From contig JAZAMN010000024.1 in the NCBI GenBank assembly GCA_036229005.1, positions 128,001-192,000 of the forward strand: 64,000 bases of DNA, given 5' to 3'. Positions 38,614 to 48,037 of this stretch are shown piece after piece. The notes under the pieces are model-generated. The model did not search any database and had not been told where the DNA came from. It saw only the letters and a program-made list of their open reading frames with translations. The translations under genes and the position numbers were made by a program. This DNA comes from Myxococcota bacterium. Its GTDB lineage: Bacteria; Myxococcota_A; UBA796; CAJQPC01. How positions within the stretch are numbered: the stretch's first letter is position 1; the number at the start of each line of letters is the position of its first letter.

Positions 38614-40917
38614 ATGTCCCTGTTGTTGTGGTTGGCCTGCACTGGCGCCCCCGAGCCTCAGCCCGAGCCCGAGGCTGCCCCCCGCCCCTCGCTGCTGCTG
38701 GTGACGCTGGACACGACCCGGGCCGACGCGCTGGGCGCCTACGGCCACAGCGGCGCGCAGACCCCGGTGTTCGACAGCCTGGCCGGACAGGGTGTGCGCT
38801 TCGAGCGGGCCTACGCCACGGTGCCCCTGACCACGCCGTCCCACGCCTCGATGCTCACCGGGCTCTACCCGACCCGGCACGGCATCCACAACAACGGCGA
38901 CGCCGTCCTCCGCGACGACGTGGACACCCTCGCCGAGCTGCTGGGCGCGCAGGGCTACCGCAGCGCGGCCTCGGCCTCCGCCTTCGTGACCACGGCGACC
39001 TGGAACCTGGACCAGGGCTTCGACGCCTACTTTGACGAGGTCGAGCGCAGCAAGGGCTCCCGCTGGGAGTACGAGCGCCCCGCGAACGAGGTGGTCGACG
39101 ACCTGCTGGGCTGGCTGCCCCAGGGCGAGGAGCCCTTCTTCATGTGGGCCCACTTCTACGACGCCCACGCGCCCTACCAGGACCACGCCGAGTTCGACCT
39201 GGCCACGCCCTACGACGAGGAGATCGCGTTCGCCGATCAGCAGCTCGGGCGCCTGCTGGAGGCCGCCCAGGCCAAGGCCGGACCCGGCGGTCTGGCCGTC
39301 ATCGTGGTCGCGGATCACGGCGAGGCCTTCGGAGAGCACGACGAGACCGGCCACGGGCTCTTTGTCTACGACAGCACCATGCGCATCCCCTTCGTGGCGG
39401 TCCCCCCCGAGCGCCTCAAGGAGGGCGTGGTCTTCCCCCAGGCGGTCTCCAACGTGGACGTGACCCCCACCGCGCTCGGGCTGCTCGGCCTGACCGTGCC
39501 GCAGGGCCTGGACGGCCGCGATCTGAGCGTGGCCAAGGACGGCGCGCTCCAGGAGCGCGGGCCGGTCTACATGGAGTCGGAGATGGCGGCCCAGCGCTTT
39601 GGCTTCCACCCGGAGCTGGCCGTGGCCGCCGGCGTGATCAAGCTCATCGACACCCCGCAGCCGCTGCTCTTTGACGTGCAGAAGGACCCCAAGGAGCTGC
39701 AGAACCTGGCCGCCGAGCAGCCCGAGACCGTCAGCAGCCTGCACGGCTTCCGGATGGAGGTCTGGGCCCAGCGGCAGGCCGGTGAGGAGGCCGCCATGAC
39801 CCCCGAGCTGATGGAGCAGCTTGCTGCCCTCGGCTACGTCGGCGGCACCTCGGTCGAGGAGGTCGACTACAGCCAGGCGCCGGACGCCAAGGCCAACATG
39901 GCGGTGATCCAGGCCATCGAGTCCGCCCGCGAGCTGGCCTCCCAGGGCAAGGCCAAGGAGTCCATCCAGGCCTACCAGGAGGTGCTCAAGACTCACCCCG
40001 ATCTGGGCGAAGCGCTGGCCGGGCTGGCCCGCGCCCAGGCGCAGGTGGGTGACCACGCAGCCGCTGAGGCCACTTGGCGACGGGCCATGGAGCTGGCCCC
40101 GGACAGCACCTTCATCCGCACCAACCTGGCCCAGGCCCTGGCCGCTCAGGGGCGCCTGGAGGACGGCTTGGCGCTGATGCGCTCGGTGCACGAGCAGGTC
40201 CCCGGGGACGAGCTCGCCCGCAGCGGCATGCTCAAGATGCTGATCGACCTGGACCGCTACGAAGAGGCGGTCAGTCTGGGGCAGGAGTGGCTGGCCGCTG
40301 AGCCGGAGCAGCCCTCCATCCAGGCCTTCACGGGGATCGCGCTCACCCACATGGGCCAGGTCGAGCCGGCCAGGACCTTGCTGGAGGCCAGCCTGAACGA
40401 CGGCATGCCCCGCCAGCTTGTGCACATGGCCCTGGCCGAGCTCGACAAGCGCGACGGCAACGCCGAGGGCGCCCGCAAACACCTGGAGGCGGAGCTAAAG
40501 TGGTTCCCCGCCAAGCGCGAGGTGCGCCGGGAGCTGGCCAACGTCTGCATGGCCCTCAAGGACTGGAGCTGCGCGGTCGCGAGCTTCGAGGAGCTGGCCA
40601 AAGGACAGAAGAAGCTGCCGCCCGCCATGCGCTGGGGCTGGAGCCAGTCCCTCTACAACCTGCAGGAGTACGAGAAAGCCCGCATCGTGCTGGACCCCGC
40701 CCTCAAGGGCAGCCCCTCCGCGGACCTGCTGCTGCTCCACGCCAACCTGCTGGCCAAGGAAGGCAAGCGGGAAGAGGGCAAGGCGGTCTTCGAGAAGGCC
40801 CAGGCCCTCAAGGTCAAGGAGGTCGAGGCCGCGCGCAAGGCCGCCGAGGCCCGCAAGGCGGAGCAGGAGGCCAAGGGGGCGACCCCGGCTGCTTCGGACG
40901 ACAAGAAGACCCCCTGA
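38614..40917 (+). CDS. Sulfatase/alkaline-phosphatase superfamily lipoprotein with C-terminal TPRs
   Basis: LLVTLDTTRAD, TTPSHASMLTG, HFYDAHAPY, ADHGE; TPR tail; MSLLLWLAC lipobox. Confidence 0.88.
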   Translation: MSLLLWLACTGAPEPQPEPEAAPRPSLLLVTLDTTRADALGAYGHSGAQTPVFDSLAGQGVRFERAYATVPLTTPSHASMLTGLYPTRHGIHNNGDAVLRDDVDTLAELLGAQGYRSAASASAFVTTATWNLDQGFDAYFDEVERSKGSRWEYERPANEVVDDLLGWLPQGEEPFFMWAHFYDAHAPYQDHAEFDLATPYDEEIAFADQQLGRLLEAAQAKAGPGGLAVIVVADHGEAFGEHDETGHGLFVYDSTMRIPFVAVPPERLKEGVVFPQAVSNVDVTPTALGLLGLTVPQGLDGRDLSVAKDGALQERGPVYMESEMAAQRFGFHPELAVAAGVIKLIDTPQPLLFDVQKDPKELQNLAAEQPETVSSLHGFRMEVWAQRQAGEEAAMTPELMEQLAALGYVGGTSVEEVDYSQAPDAKANMAVIQAIESARELASQGKAKESIQAYQEVLKTHPDLGEALAGLARAQAQVGDHAAAEATWRRAMELAPDSTFIRTNLAQALAAQGRLEDGLALMRSVHEQVPGDELARSGMLKMLIDLDRYEEAVSLGQEWLAAEPEQPSIQAFTGIALTHMGQVEPARTLLEASLNDGMPRQLVHMALAELDKRDGNAEGARKHLEAELKWFPAKREVRRELANVCMALKDWSCAVASFEELAKGQKKLPPAMRWGWSQSLYNLQEYEKARIVLDPALKGSPSADLLLLHANLLAKEGKREEGKAVFEKAQALKVKEVEAARKAAEARKAEQEAKGATPAASDDKKTP

Positions 40918-41059
40918 GAGGCTCCGCTCTGGGGGCCGGCCGAGGAGACTCAGCGCGGGCCCGCCCAGGTCCCCCCGAGCACAGCCCCCCGGGACACAGG
41001 ATCCCAGAGCACAACACCCCCGCCCGAGGGCGAGGGTGCGGTTGAGCGGCTGCTTGGTC

Positions 41060-41692
41060 TCACTTGGAGACGGTCGCGTAGCCCTCGTAGTAGTTGGTGA
41101 TGTACTTGCCGGCGTAGTCGGGGTAGTAGCCGTAGCTGCCGGAGTAGTAGTACTCGGAGTAGCCGGAGCTGTACTCGAAGTTGCTGCCGTCGAAGGTGCC
41201 GGCGGTCCAGGCACCCCAGCCGTAGGTGCTGGAGTAGTACATGACGTAGGAGCCGTAGCCCTGGTAGTCGTCGGTGTAGCCGTAACCGAAGCTGAAGTCG
41301 GTCATGTAGCCAGCGCAGTCACCACCAGCGGTGTTGTCGAAGGAGCTGCCGGCGTTGTAGGTCAGGGCGACGTCGAAGGCGAACTCGCAGTCAGCGCAGG
41401 CGTCGCGGTAGGTGCCGACGGCGTCCCAGGTGATGGTGCAGTCCAGATCGACGCTGTCCTTCCAGCCCTGGTAGCTCCAGACCTCCTGGCCCGAGTAGGA
41501 CTTGTAGTCGTGGGGGACGTCAGCGTCAGCGTCGGAGTCGCTGTCGCTGTCGGAGTCGGAGTCCGCATCGGAGTCGGCGTCAGCGTCGCCCTCGGTCTCC
41601 CAGGTGTCGCCGGTCTCGGACTTGACCGAGATGCAGGCGGTGGACAGCGCGGCGAGGCCGGCGACGGACAGAATCAGGGACAAACGGCGCAT
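41060..41692 (-). CDS. Lipoprotein with a (D-A/S)n linker and a Tyr/Gly-rich domain
   Basis: LSTAC lipobox; DADADSDADSDSDSDSDSDADAD; Tyr-rich C-terminus. Confidence 0.8.
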   Translation of the reverse strand: MRRLSLILSVAGLAALSTACISVKSETGDTWETEGDADADSDADSDSDSDSDSDADADVPHDYKSYSGQEVWSYQGWKDSVDLDCTITWDAVGTYRDACADCEFAFDVALTYNAGSSFDNTAGGDCAGYMTDFSFGYGYTDDYQGYGSYVMYYSSTYGWGAWTAGTFDGSNFEYSSGYSEYYYSGSYGYYPDYAGKYITNYYEGYATVSK

Positions 41693-41814
41693 GGGCACTC
41701 CATCTCAGCCTGGGGGTAGGTCCCCAGGGGCTTCCTCGCAGGGTATTCAAAGGGGACGAGGTGTGCAAGGACCCTGCAGACCTTGGGTCGTCGTGGTGCC
41801 AACGGCACACAAGC

Positions 41815-42495
41815 TCAGAAAGTGAAGAAGAGATCGAGGCTGGGCAGGGGCAGCATCGCGGGCAGGTTGCTGCTGTCGCCATCTGCCCGGTCCACCCAGG
41901 TGACCAGGCGAGTGGTGTCCTGGTACTTGAGGCCCAGGGCGACCCGCCCAGCGTCGCCGAAGCCGCGGGTCCACTCCGCGCCAGCGCTGCCTACAAAGGT
42001 CTTAAGCTGCACGGCGTTGTAGGGATCGGCCTCGGCGTAGAAGCGCCAGACGGTCTTCTTGTTGGTGCTCAGGTGGTAGCTCCAGTAGAGCATCGTGGAG
42101 GGGGCGAAGTAGCGCTCCCCGTCCACCGACGCGGTGCCCACGCCGACCCCCGCGGCCAGGTTCACCCGGTTGCCCTTGGGGCCGCCCTTGGTCCACCGGA
42201 CGTTGCCGCTGACAGCTTGACTCCCAAAGAGCCAGCCGGTGCTGGCGTTGGCCCCCACGGAGAGCGCGCCCTGCTTGTTCTGCCGGATGGCGTACTCCAG
42301 CCCGGCGTTGGGGCCGCCCAGCCAGCTCAGGAAGGTGGTCTTGAGCTCCAGCTCCTTGGAGATGGCGAACTGTGACTCGCGGAACACGTCGATCTGCTTC
42401 TGCCCCTCCTTGAGGGTGTGGGCGGTGTCGTCGAACTCCGAGCTGGTCAGAGGCTTGGCCTGGGCGGTGGTCAGCGCGAGCAGCAGCGTCAGCAT
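41815..42495 (-). CDS. Putative outer-membrane beta-barrel protein
   Basis: Signal peptide MLTLLLALTTAQA; amphipathic strands; ends in Phe (DLFFTF). Confidence 0.65.
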   Translation of the reverse strand: MLTLLLALTTAQAKPLTSSEFDDTAHTLKEGQKQIDVFRESQFAISKELELKTTFLSWLGGPNAGLEYAIRQNKQGALSVGANASTGWLFGSQAVSGNVRWTKGGPKGNRVNLAAGVGVGTASVDGERYFAPSTMLYWSYHLSTNKKTVWRFYAEADPYNAVQLKTFVGSAGAEWTRGFGDAGRVALGLKYQDTTRLVTWVDRADGDSSNLPAMLPLPSLDLFFTF

Positions 42496-42526
42496 GGGGG
42501 ACTCCTGGCGGTTGTCTGCCGGGAGC

Positions 42527-43633
42527 CTACAACGGCTCGAGCTCGCCTTCCTCCAGCAGCACCACGTCGTCCCGGTGGATGGCCGGGCGGTGGCCACCCT
42601 GACCCAGCCGCTCCTGCATCACGCTGGCCCCGTCATTGGCCACCCCGTGGGCGAACACCCGGCCGTCGGCGCCGCGGATCGCGATGGCCTCGCCTGCGGG
42701 AAACTCCCCATGGATGTGGGTGATGCCGATCGGCAGCAAGGATGCACCGCGGGTGCGCAGGGCCCGCTCAGCCCCCTCGTTCACCTGGACCCAGAAGCGG
42801 GGGGCGGTCGCGTAGGCGAGCCATCTGCGGCGGCGGGTGCTGGTCACGTTGGCCGGAAAGAGGGTGCCCTCTGCGGCCCCCTCCATGATGTGGCGCACCG
42901 TCCCGGCTTCGTTCCCCGCGGCGATCACGGTGCTCACGCCCGCAAGCGAGGACACCTGTGCGCTGGCCACCTTGGCCTCCATGCCGCCCGTCCCGCCGGT
43001 CGATGAGCCGTAGAACTCCACGTCCAGGCTGGGATCCCAGCGCTCGATCACCTCGCCGTTGTGCAGCACGCCGCGCACGTTGGTGAGCAGGATGAGCAGG
43101 TCGGCGCCCAGTGCGGCGGCCACCAGGGCGGCCAGGCGGTCGTTGTCGCCGAACACCCGGGCGCGCGAGGGGTCCAGCCCCTGGGTGGACACGCTGTCGT
43201 TCTCGTTGACCACCGGGATGGCGCCCAGCTCCAGCAGGCGCTCCAGGTTCTGGGACAGGTTCCCGTAGCGGCGGCGGTTGTGGAAGTCGGCCTCGATGAG
43301 CAGGACCTGGGCGGTGCGCACCCCCAGGCGGCGGGCCAGCTCGTCGTAGAAGGACATCAGGCCGGCCTGGCCCGCGGTCGCGGCGGCCTGGCGGTCCCGC
43401 AGGTTGTCGGGCTGCGGGGGCAGGCCCAGGCGGCGGGCCCCGACTCCGATGGCGCCGGAGGACACCAGGATGACCTCGACGCCCTGGGATCTCAGGTCCG
43501 CGAGCTGCTCCATCAAGTGGGCCAGGCGGCTGACCGACAAGCCCCCGTCTGGCCGCGTGACCACTCGGGTCCCGACCTTGACGACGATGCGGCGGGCAGA
43601 GGCGAAGGCGGCGCGCTCCGGGCTGGGGGGCAC
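42527..43633 (-). CDS. proB: Glutamate 5-kinase with PUA domain
   Basis: RIVVKVGT, VSSGAI, NENDSV, GDNDRLAA, GTGGMEAK; PUA GASLLPIGI; start uncertain (43633 or 43654). Confidence 0.93.
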   Translation of the reverse strand: MPPSPERAAFASARRIVVKVGTRVVTRPDGGLSVSRLAHLMEQLADLRSQGVEVILVSSGAIGVGARRLGLPPQPDNLRDRQAAATAGQAGLMSFYDELARRLGVRTAQVLLIEADFHNRRRYGNLSQNLERLLELGAIPVVNENDSVSTQGLDPSRARVFGDNDRLAALVAAALGADLLILLTNVRGVLHNGEVIERWDPSLDVEFYGSSTGGTGGMEAKVASAQVSSLAGVSTVIAAGNEAGTVRHIMEGAAEGTLFPANVTSTRRRRWLAYATAPRFWVQVNEGAERALRTRGASLLPIGITHIHGEFPAGEAIAIRGADGRVFAHGVANDGASVMQERLGQGGHRPAIHRDDVVLLEEGELEPL

Positions 43634-43638
43634 CGGCG

Positions 43639-44607
43639 TTACAAGGTGGGCCACTTCTGGGCTCTCTCGTCGGGGGCGTAGTCCATGAACAGCGGGTGGT
43701 CGTCCACCGCGCGGCGGGCGCGGCAGTGGGAGAGCCACAGGCCGTAGTGGGCGGGGTTGGCGCGCAGCCAGGGCTCGGCGCGCTCCTGGATGAAGCGCCG
43801 CATGAGCAGCTTCCAGTCGCGCTCGTAGAGCGGCTCACCCACCTGGCAGAGGTTGGGGCCGTCGGCCGGGCACTTGTTGAAGATGGGCACCAGGGCGGCC
43901 CCGGAGCGGGCGGCGATGCGGAAGGCGCCGGGGTTGAGCAGGGCCTGGCGCCCCAGGTAGGGCACGCGCACAAAGCGGCTGCCGATGCGGCCGTCGTAGG
44001 TGATGCCCACGGTCTCGTTGGCCTCCAGGCGGCGGAAGAGCTCGCGGACGGAGGTGTCCAGCGTCAGGTAGCGGGCGGGCAGCCTGTCCTCGTTGTCCTC
44101 GCGTGCGGCACGCACCTGGGCACGGAGTGGGTTGTGCCCGAATGTGTCGGGGTGGGCCTGGGCCACATCGGGGGGAGCCAAGCCCCTCGCCGCATACTGC
44201 GTGTACGGGATTCCGCTCAGGGAGATGCGGGCGATCATCATCATGATGTTGCCGGCGTGGGGGAGCACGATGACCGCGCCCTTGCCGCGGGACAGGGCGG
44301 CGTCCAGGTGCTCGCGGCCCTCCCACAGCATGTAGTTGTCCACGGTCTGGGGGGTGAGCTTGCCCAGCAGCAGCTCCTCCAGGTGGACGCGGAAGGCGAT
44401 GCGGTAGGCGTCCTGGACGCGCTCGGGGCGGGCGTCTCCGAAGCTCAAGACCAGCTCTTCGGCCAGGTCGGCCTTCTGGGGGCCGGCGGCGGCCAGCTGG
44501 GCGCGCCAGAGGGGGTAGAGCGCGCGCAGTTGACCGGGGAGCTCGGGGCGGAGGGCGCGGCGGAAGGGCACCCAGAAGGCCCAGCGGGCCAGGTCCTTGG
44601 GGCTCAA
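43639..44607 (-). CDS. Lysophospholipid / lipid A late acyltransferase family protein
   Basis: EGREHLDAALSRGKGAVIVLPHAGN, PYLGRQA, IAARSGAALVP, NPAHY; TTG start overlaps the upstream TGA. Confidence 0.75.
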   Translation of the reverse strand: MSPKDLARWAFWVPFRRALRPELPGQLRALYPLWRAQLAAAGPQKADLAEELVLSFGDARPERVQDAYRIAFRVHLEELLLGKLTPQTVDNYMLWEGREHLDAALSRGKGAVIVLPHAGNIMMMIARISLSGIPYTQYAARGLAPPDVAQAHPDTFGHNPLRAQVRAAREDNEDRLPARYLTLDTSVRELFRRLEANETVGITYDGRIGSRFVRVPYLGRQALLNPGAFRIAARSGAALVPIFNKCPADGPNLCQVGEPLYERDWKLLMRRFIQERAEPWLRANPAHYGLWLSHCRARRAVDDHPLFMDYAPDERAQKWPTL

Positions 44608-45149
44608 CCCAGCACCAGGGAGAGCACGGTGCGGATGAGCACGCTGCCGCCGCAGCACAGGATCAGCAGAGCGGCCGCGCCGGCCAGGATGAGGATGAGC
44701 TTCTCGCCCTCCTTCTTCTCCTTGGCGCCGTCGGGGGTGGGGCCCTCGGCGATGGGCTGGGGGGCCACGTCGGACACGCCCTGGATCTGGCGGCCCCAGT
44801 GCAGCAGGAAGGGGCGGATGTGCGGGTGCAGGTCCTGGCGGTCGATGTGGACCAGGTGGATGGGCTCGGGGAAGCCCTCGATCTCCAGGCGCGCGTCGCT
44901 GGTGGTGGTGCGGGGGTACTGGCCGATGGCGACGGTGTCCCGGTTCATGGCCCAGCGTTTGTCGGTGGCCCAGCCCGCGGCGCCGTCGGCGGCGGTCATC
45001 TTGATGACGAAGATCCGGTAGTCGGTGAGCGCCACCTGGTACCAGACGTTCAGCGCGCCCTGCCGGGGACCGGGGGCGCCGAGCACGGTGATGACCGACT
45101 CCTGGCCGACCAACATGTCGTCGAACAGCTCGGTGTTCTGCGCGGACAA
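44604..45149 (-). CDS. Hypothetical protein with a C-terminal membrane anchor
   Basis: GGAGG RBS with TTG start; C-terminal hydrophobic segment containing LCCGG. Confidence 0.65.
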   Translation of the reverse strand: MSAQNTELFDDMLVGQESVITVLGAPGPRQGALNVWYQVALTDYRIFVIKMTAADGAAGWATDKRWAMNRDTVAIGQYPRTTTSDARLEIEGFPEPIHLVHIDRQDLHPHIRPFLLHWGRQIQGVSDVAPQPIAEGPTPDGAKEKKEGEKLILILAGAAALLILCCGGSVLIRTVLSLVLG

Positions 45150-45248
45150 CGCAACCTCCAGGTAGAGGGGAGGCTAACACCCTGTGAGCCCGCGCTCTTT
45201 CCGACCAGCGGCGCGACGCTCTATTCTCTGCGGACCCTGGGAGAGACC

Positions 45249-46772
45249 GTGCGCATCATCCTGATCAACCCGCCGCTGGACTCCGTGCTGCGCGACGGCA
45301 ACGTGGATCCGGTCACCACCTACCTCTTCTACAACTCCGCGCCGCTGGGGCTGCTCTACATCGCTGCGATGCTGGAGCAGCAGGGCCACCAGGTCGCCTG
45401 CCTGGACGCCGCCGCCGAGAAGCTGGACATCCCCGGGACCGTGCAGCGCATCCAGGAGTTCGGCCCGGACCTCATCGGCATCGGCTCGACCACCGTGGTG
45501 TTCGACGGGACGGTGGAGCTCGCCAAGCAGCTCAAGCAGGTCCTGCCGCGCATCCCCATCGTGCTGGGCGGCTACCACGTGACCCTGCTGCCCGACGAGG
45601 CCATGGCGCACACCTGCTTTGACGTGGGCGTCATCCACGAGGGTGAGCACACGATGGTCGAACTCGTCGAGCACTACGAGGGCAAGGGCCAGCTCGCGGA
45701 GGTCGAGGGGATCGTGTTCCGTGGTGAGGACGGGGCCGTGGTCCACACCCCGCACCGCAAGGCCTTCCGCAAGCTGGACGAGCTCCCTCTGCCAGCGAGG
45801 CATCTGCTCCCGCCCGACCTCTACAAGCCCATCCCCGTCGATGAGCACGCCATGCCCAAGTTCGCGATGGTGAGCTCCCGGGGCTGCCCCCACGCCTGCG
45901 CCTTCTGCCAGAAGAGCCGCACCGGCTACCGCTCGCGCAGCCCCCAGCAGGTGGTGGACGAGATCGAGCACCTGGTGCGGGACTACGGCGTGCGGGATCT
46001 GGCGTTCGTGGACAGCCTCTTCTGCGCCAACAAGCGCCGCGTGATGGCCATCTGCGACGAGATCATCCGCCGCGGGGTCAAGGTGAGCTGGACCTGCAGT
46101 TCGCGCGTCGAGGTCGTGGACCAGGAGATGCTGCAGCGCATGGCCGAGGCCGGCTGCTGGCGCACCCGCTTTGGCATCGAGTCGGGCTCGGACCAGGTGC
46201 TGGACTTCATCTCCAAGGGCATCACCAAGGAGAAGATCCGCAACGCGGTGACCTGGGCCCACGAGGCCGGGCTGCGCCCCAAGGCCTTCTTCATGGTGGG
46301 CCACATGCCCGACACCCACGAGACCATCGTGGAGACCATCGAGTTCGCCAAGAGCATCCCGCTGCACGACGTCACCGTGCAGATCAACACCCTGCTCCCC
46401 AAGACCCCGCAGATGGAGGCCTGGGAGCGCGAGGGCAGCAAGTGGGGCCGGCTCATCAACGAGAGCAGCTCCGAGAAGAGCTTCTGGGAGCCGACCTTCG
46501 TGCCCTGGGGCCTGGAGCCACAGGACCTGATCGACTACCACCGCCGCTTCTACCGGGAGTTCTACTTCCGCCCGGTCACGCTGGCGCGGCACCTGGAGAA
46601 CATCGACACCTGGCAGGACGTCTACAAGTACCTGCAGGCCAGCGGGCTGTTCAGCTTCTTGTTCTACAACGCCGAGAAGCCCAGCCTGAGCATGGTGACC
46701 AACTTCGCCAAGACGCTGCGGGAGGCGCGGCGGATGCGGGAGGCTGGGGCTGCGATGGAATACGCGGATTAG
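45249..46772 (+). CDS. Cobalamin-binding radical SAM protein
   Basis: PLGLLYIAA, IVLGGYHVT, GEHT (B12 domain); SRGCPHACAFC; GIESG; GTG start. Confidence 0.92.
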   Translation: MRIILINPPLDSVLRDGNVDPVTTYLFYNSAPLGLLYIAAMLEQQGHQVACLDAAAEKLDIPGTVQRIQEFGPDLIGIGSTTVVFDGTVELAKQLKQVLPRIPIVLGGYHVTLLPDEAMAHTCFDVGVIHEGEHTMVELVEHYEGKGQLAEVEGIVFRGEDGAVVHTPHRKAFRKLDELPLPARHLLPPDLYKPIPVDEHAMPKFAMVSSRGCPHACAFCQKSRTGYRSRSPQQVVDEIEHLVRDYGVRDLAFVDSLFCANKRRVMAICDEIIRRGVKVSWTCSSRVEVVDQEMLQRMAEAGCWRTRFGIESGSDQVLDFISKGITKEKIRNAVTWAHEAGLRPKAFFMVGHMPDTHETIVETIEFAKSIPLHDVTVQINTLLPKTPQMEAWEREGSKWGRLINESSSEKSFWEPTFVPWGLEPQDLIDYHRRFYREFYFRPVTLARHLENIDTWQDVYKYLQASGLFSFLFYNAEKPSLSMVTNFAKTLREARRMREAGAAMEYAD

Positions 46773-46900
46773 ATATTCGCGTATCGGCACGGTCAACGCC
46801 CGAGCGGAGCGAGCGGCTTGAGCGGCAGGGTATGCCGATTAGAGTTCGGCATACCGGCACGGTCAATGCCCGAGCGCAGCGAGTGGCTTGAGCGGCAGGG
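46760..46900. repeat. Two ~70-bp tandem units, each starting with a 10-bp hairpin
   Basis: Units 46761-46830 and 46831-46900 share CGGCACGGTCAAYGCCCGAGCG..GGCTTGAGCGGCAGGG. Confidence 0.9.
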
Positions 46901-46912
46901 GGCTCGCCGGGC

Positions 46913-47119
46913 GCGCAAGTCGTTCTGAACGCAACAGGGCCGCGCGCAAGTGGCTCTGAACGCAACACGCTGCCGCGCAAGCCCCTCTGAACGCAACACA
47001 ACCGGCCTATCCACCCTCGCTGAGAGCGCCTGTTGTTGCGTTGACCCCGACTTGCGCGGCGCCTTGTTGCGTTGACCCCGACTTGAGCGGTGCCTTGTTG
47101 TGCTCACCCCGAGTTGCGC
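46913..47119. repeat. 31-bp-period array, 3 forward and 3 inverted copies of GCGCAAG-N8-AACGCAACA
   Basis: Forward copies at 46913, 46944 and 46975; inverted copies begin at 47034, 47065 and 47096. Confidence 0.9.
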
Positions 47120-47128
47120 CGGCCGCGG

Positions 47129-48004
47129 CTACCCGGCCACCGCGCAGTAGCTCCCCAGCTCACGAGACCCGAGCCGACGGACCTGCTCGCGGGGAATGCC
47201 CTCATGAATCCAGAGCTCACCGCTGGGATTCGAGGAGGCCTGCACGCAGAGCGTGTCTTCGGTGGTGAGGGCCAGTGCCAGAGGGCTCTCTTGGGTGTCC
47301 GCCCAGAGGGTGAGGGGCAGGCGCTCTCCGGTCAACGTCACCTCGGCCTCAAAGCAGCTGCGCTCCGTGAAGGCCGGCATGTTCGGTCGGCCGTCCGGGG
47401 CCTCTCCGCACTCCCGGGGCTCCACCGCGCGGATGGGCACGCACTCCAACTGGGCGGGGAGCAGGCTGCTGTGGAAGGTGGCCTGGTCGCGCGGCATCAG
47501 CGCTGGGTACAGGCCCAGGAGCTGGGCGGTGCTGGGCTCGAACACCAGCAGCTCGCTCACGATGCAGCGCTGGTAGTCGGTGAAGGTGGCTCGTGTGGGC
47601 CTGGTGGCCTCCATGGTCCGCAGCGTCGCGGCCAGCTCCAGCAGGGGGGCGCCGCGGTGGCTGCGCTGTGCGGCCTGGAGGTAGAGGAAGGGCGCGGCCT
47701 CCGACCCGTCGAGCTCGGCCTCCAGGGCCAGGATCCAGAGCAGACGTCCGTCCCGTGGAGCACTCTCCTTGCGCTCGACCAGGCGGGTCCGGGCGGCCTC
47801 GCGCTCGGAGGGCTCAGCGTCCGAGAGGAGCAGCAGCGCGTCCTCCAGCACCGGAGCGTCCACCCAGGGCCCCGTGCAGTCCGGCGTCGGAGGCAGCTCG
47901 GGAAAGGCGAAGCGCAGGTCGTCGGCGACGCAGCGACCGTCCGGCCAGCGGCGAAGGGCGGGCGCCTCGGGGGCGCCGGTCATCAGGGTCAGGAGCAGGA
48001 GCAT
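47129..48004 (-). CDS. Hypothetical secreted protein
   Basis: Short hydrophobic N-terminus; several Cys residues. Confidence 0.55.
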   Translation of the reverse strand: MLLLLTLMTGAPEAPALRRWPDGRCVADDLRFAFPELPPTPDCTGPWVDAPVLEDALLLLSDAEPSEREAARTRLVERKESAPRDGRLLWILALEAELDGSEAAPFLYLQAAQRSHRGAPLLELAATLRTMEATRPTRATFTDYQRCIVSELLVFEPSTAQLLGLYPALMPRDQATFHSSLLPAQLECVPIRAVEPRECGEAPDGRPNMPAFTERSCFEAEVTLTGERLPLTLWADTQESPLALALTTEDTLCVQASSNPSGELWIHEGIPREQVRRLGSRELGSYCAVAG

Positions 48005-48037
48005 AGGGGGTTGGTACCCCGCGTGGCCTCCGGGTTC

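Noticed and set aside
41520..41590. GAC-TCC/GCT hexamer-like repeats as a contingency locus
   Set aside because: In-frame Asp-Ser/Ala linker with mixed codons; a protein-level low-complexity tract
46760..47119. CRISPR array
   Set aside because: Variable segments are only 7-8 bp, half the copies are inverted, and no cas genes are in the window
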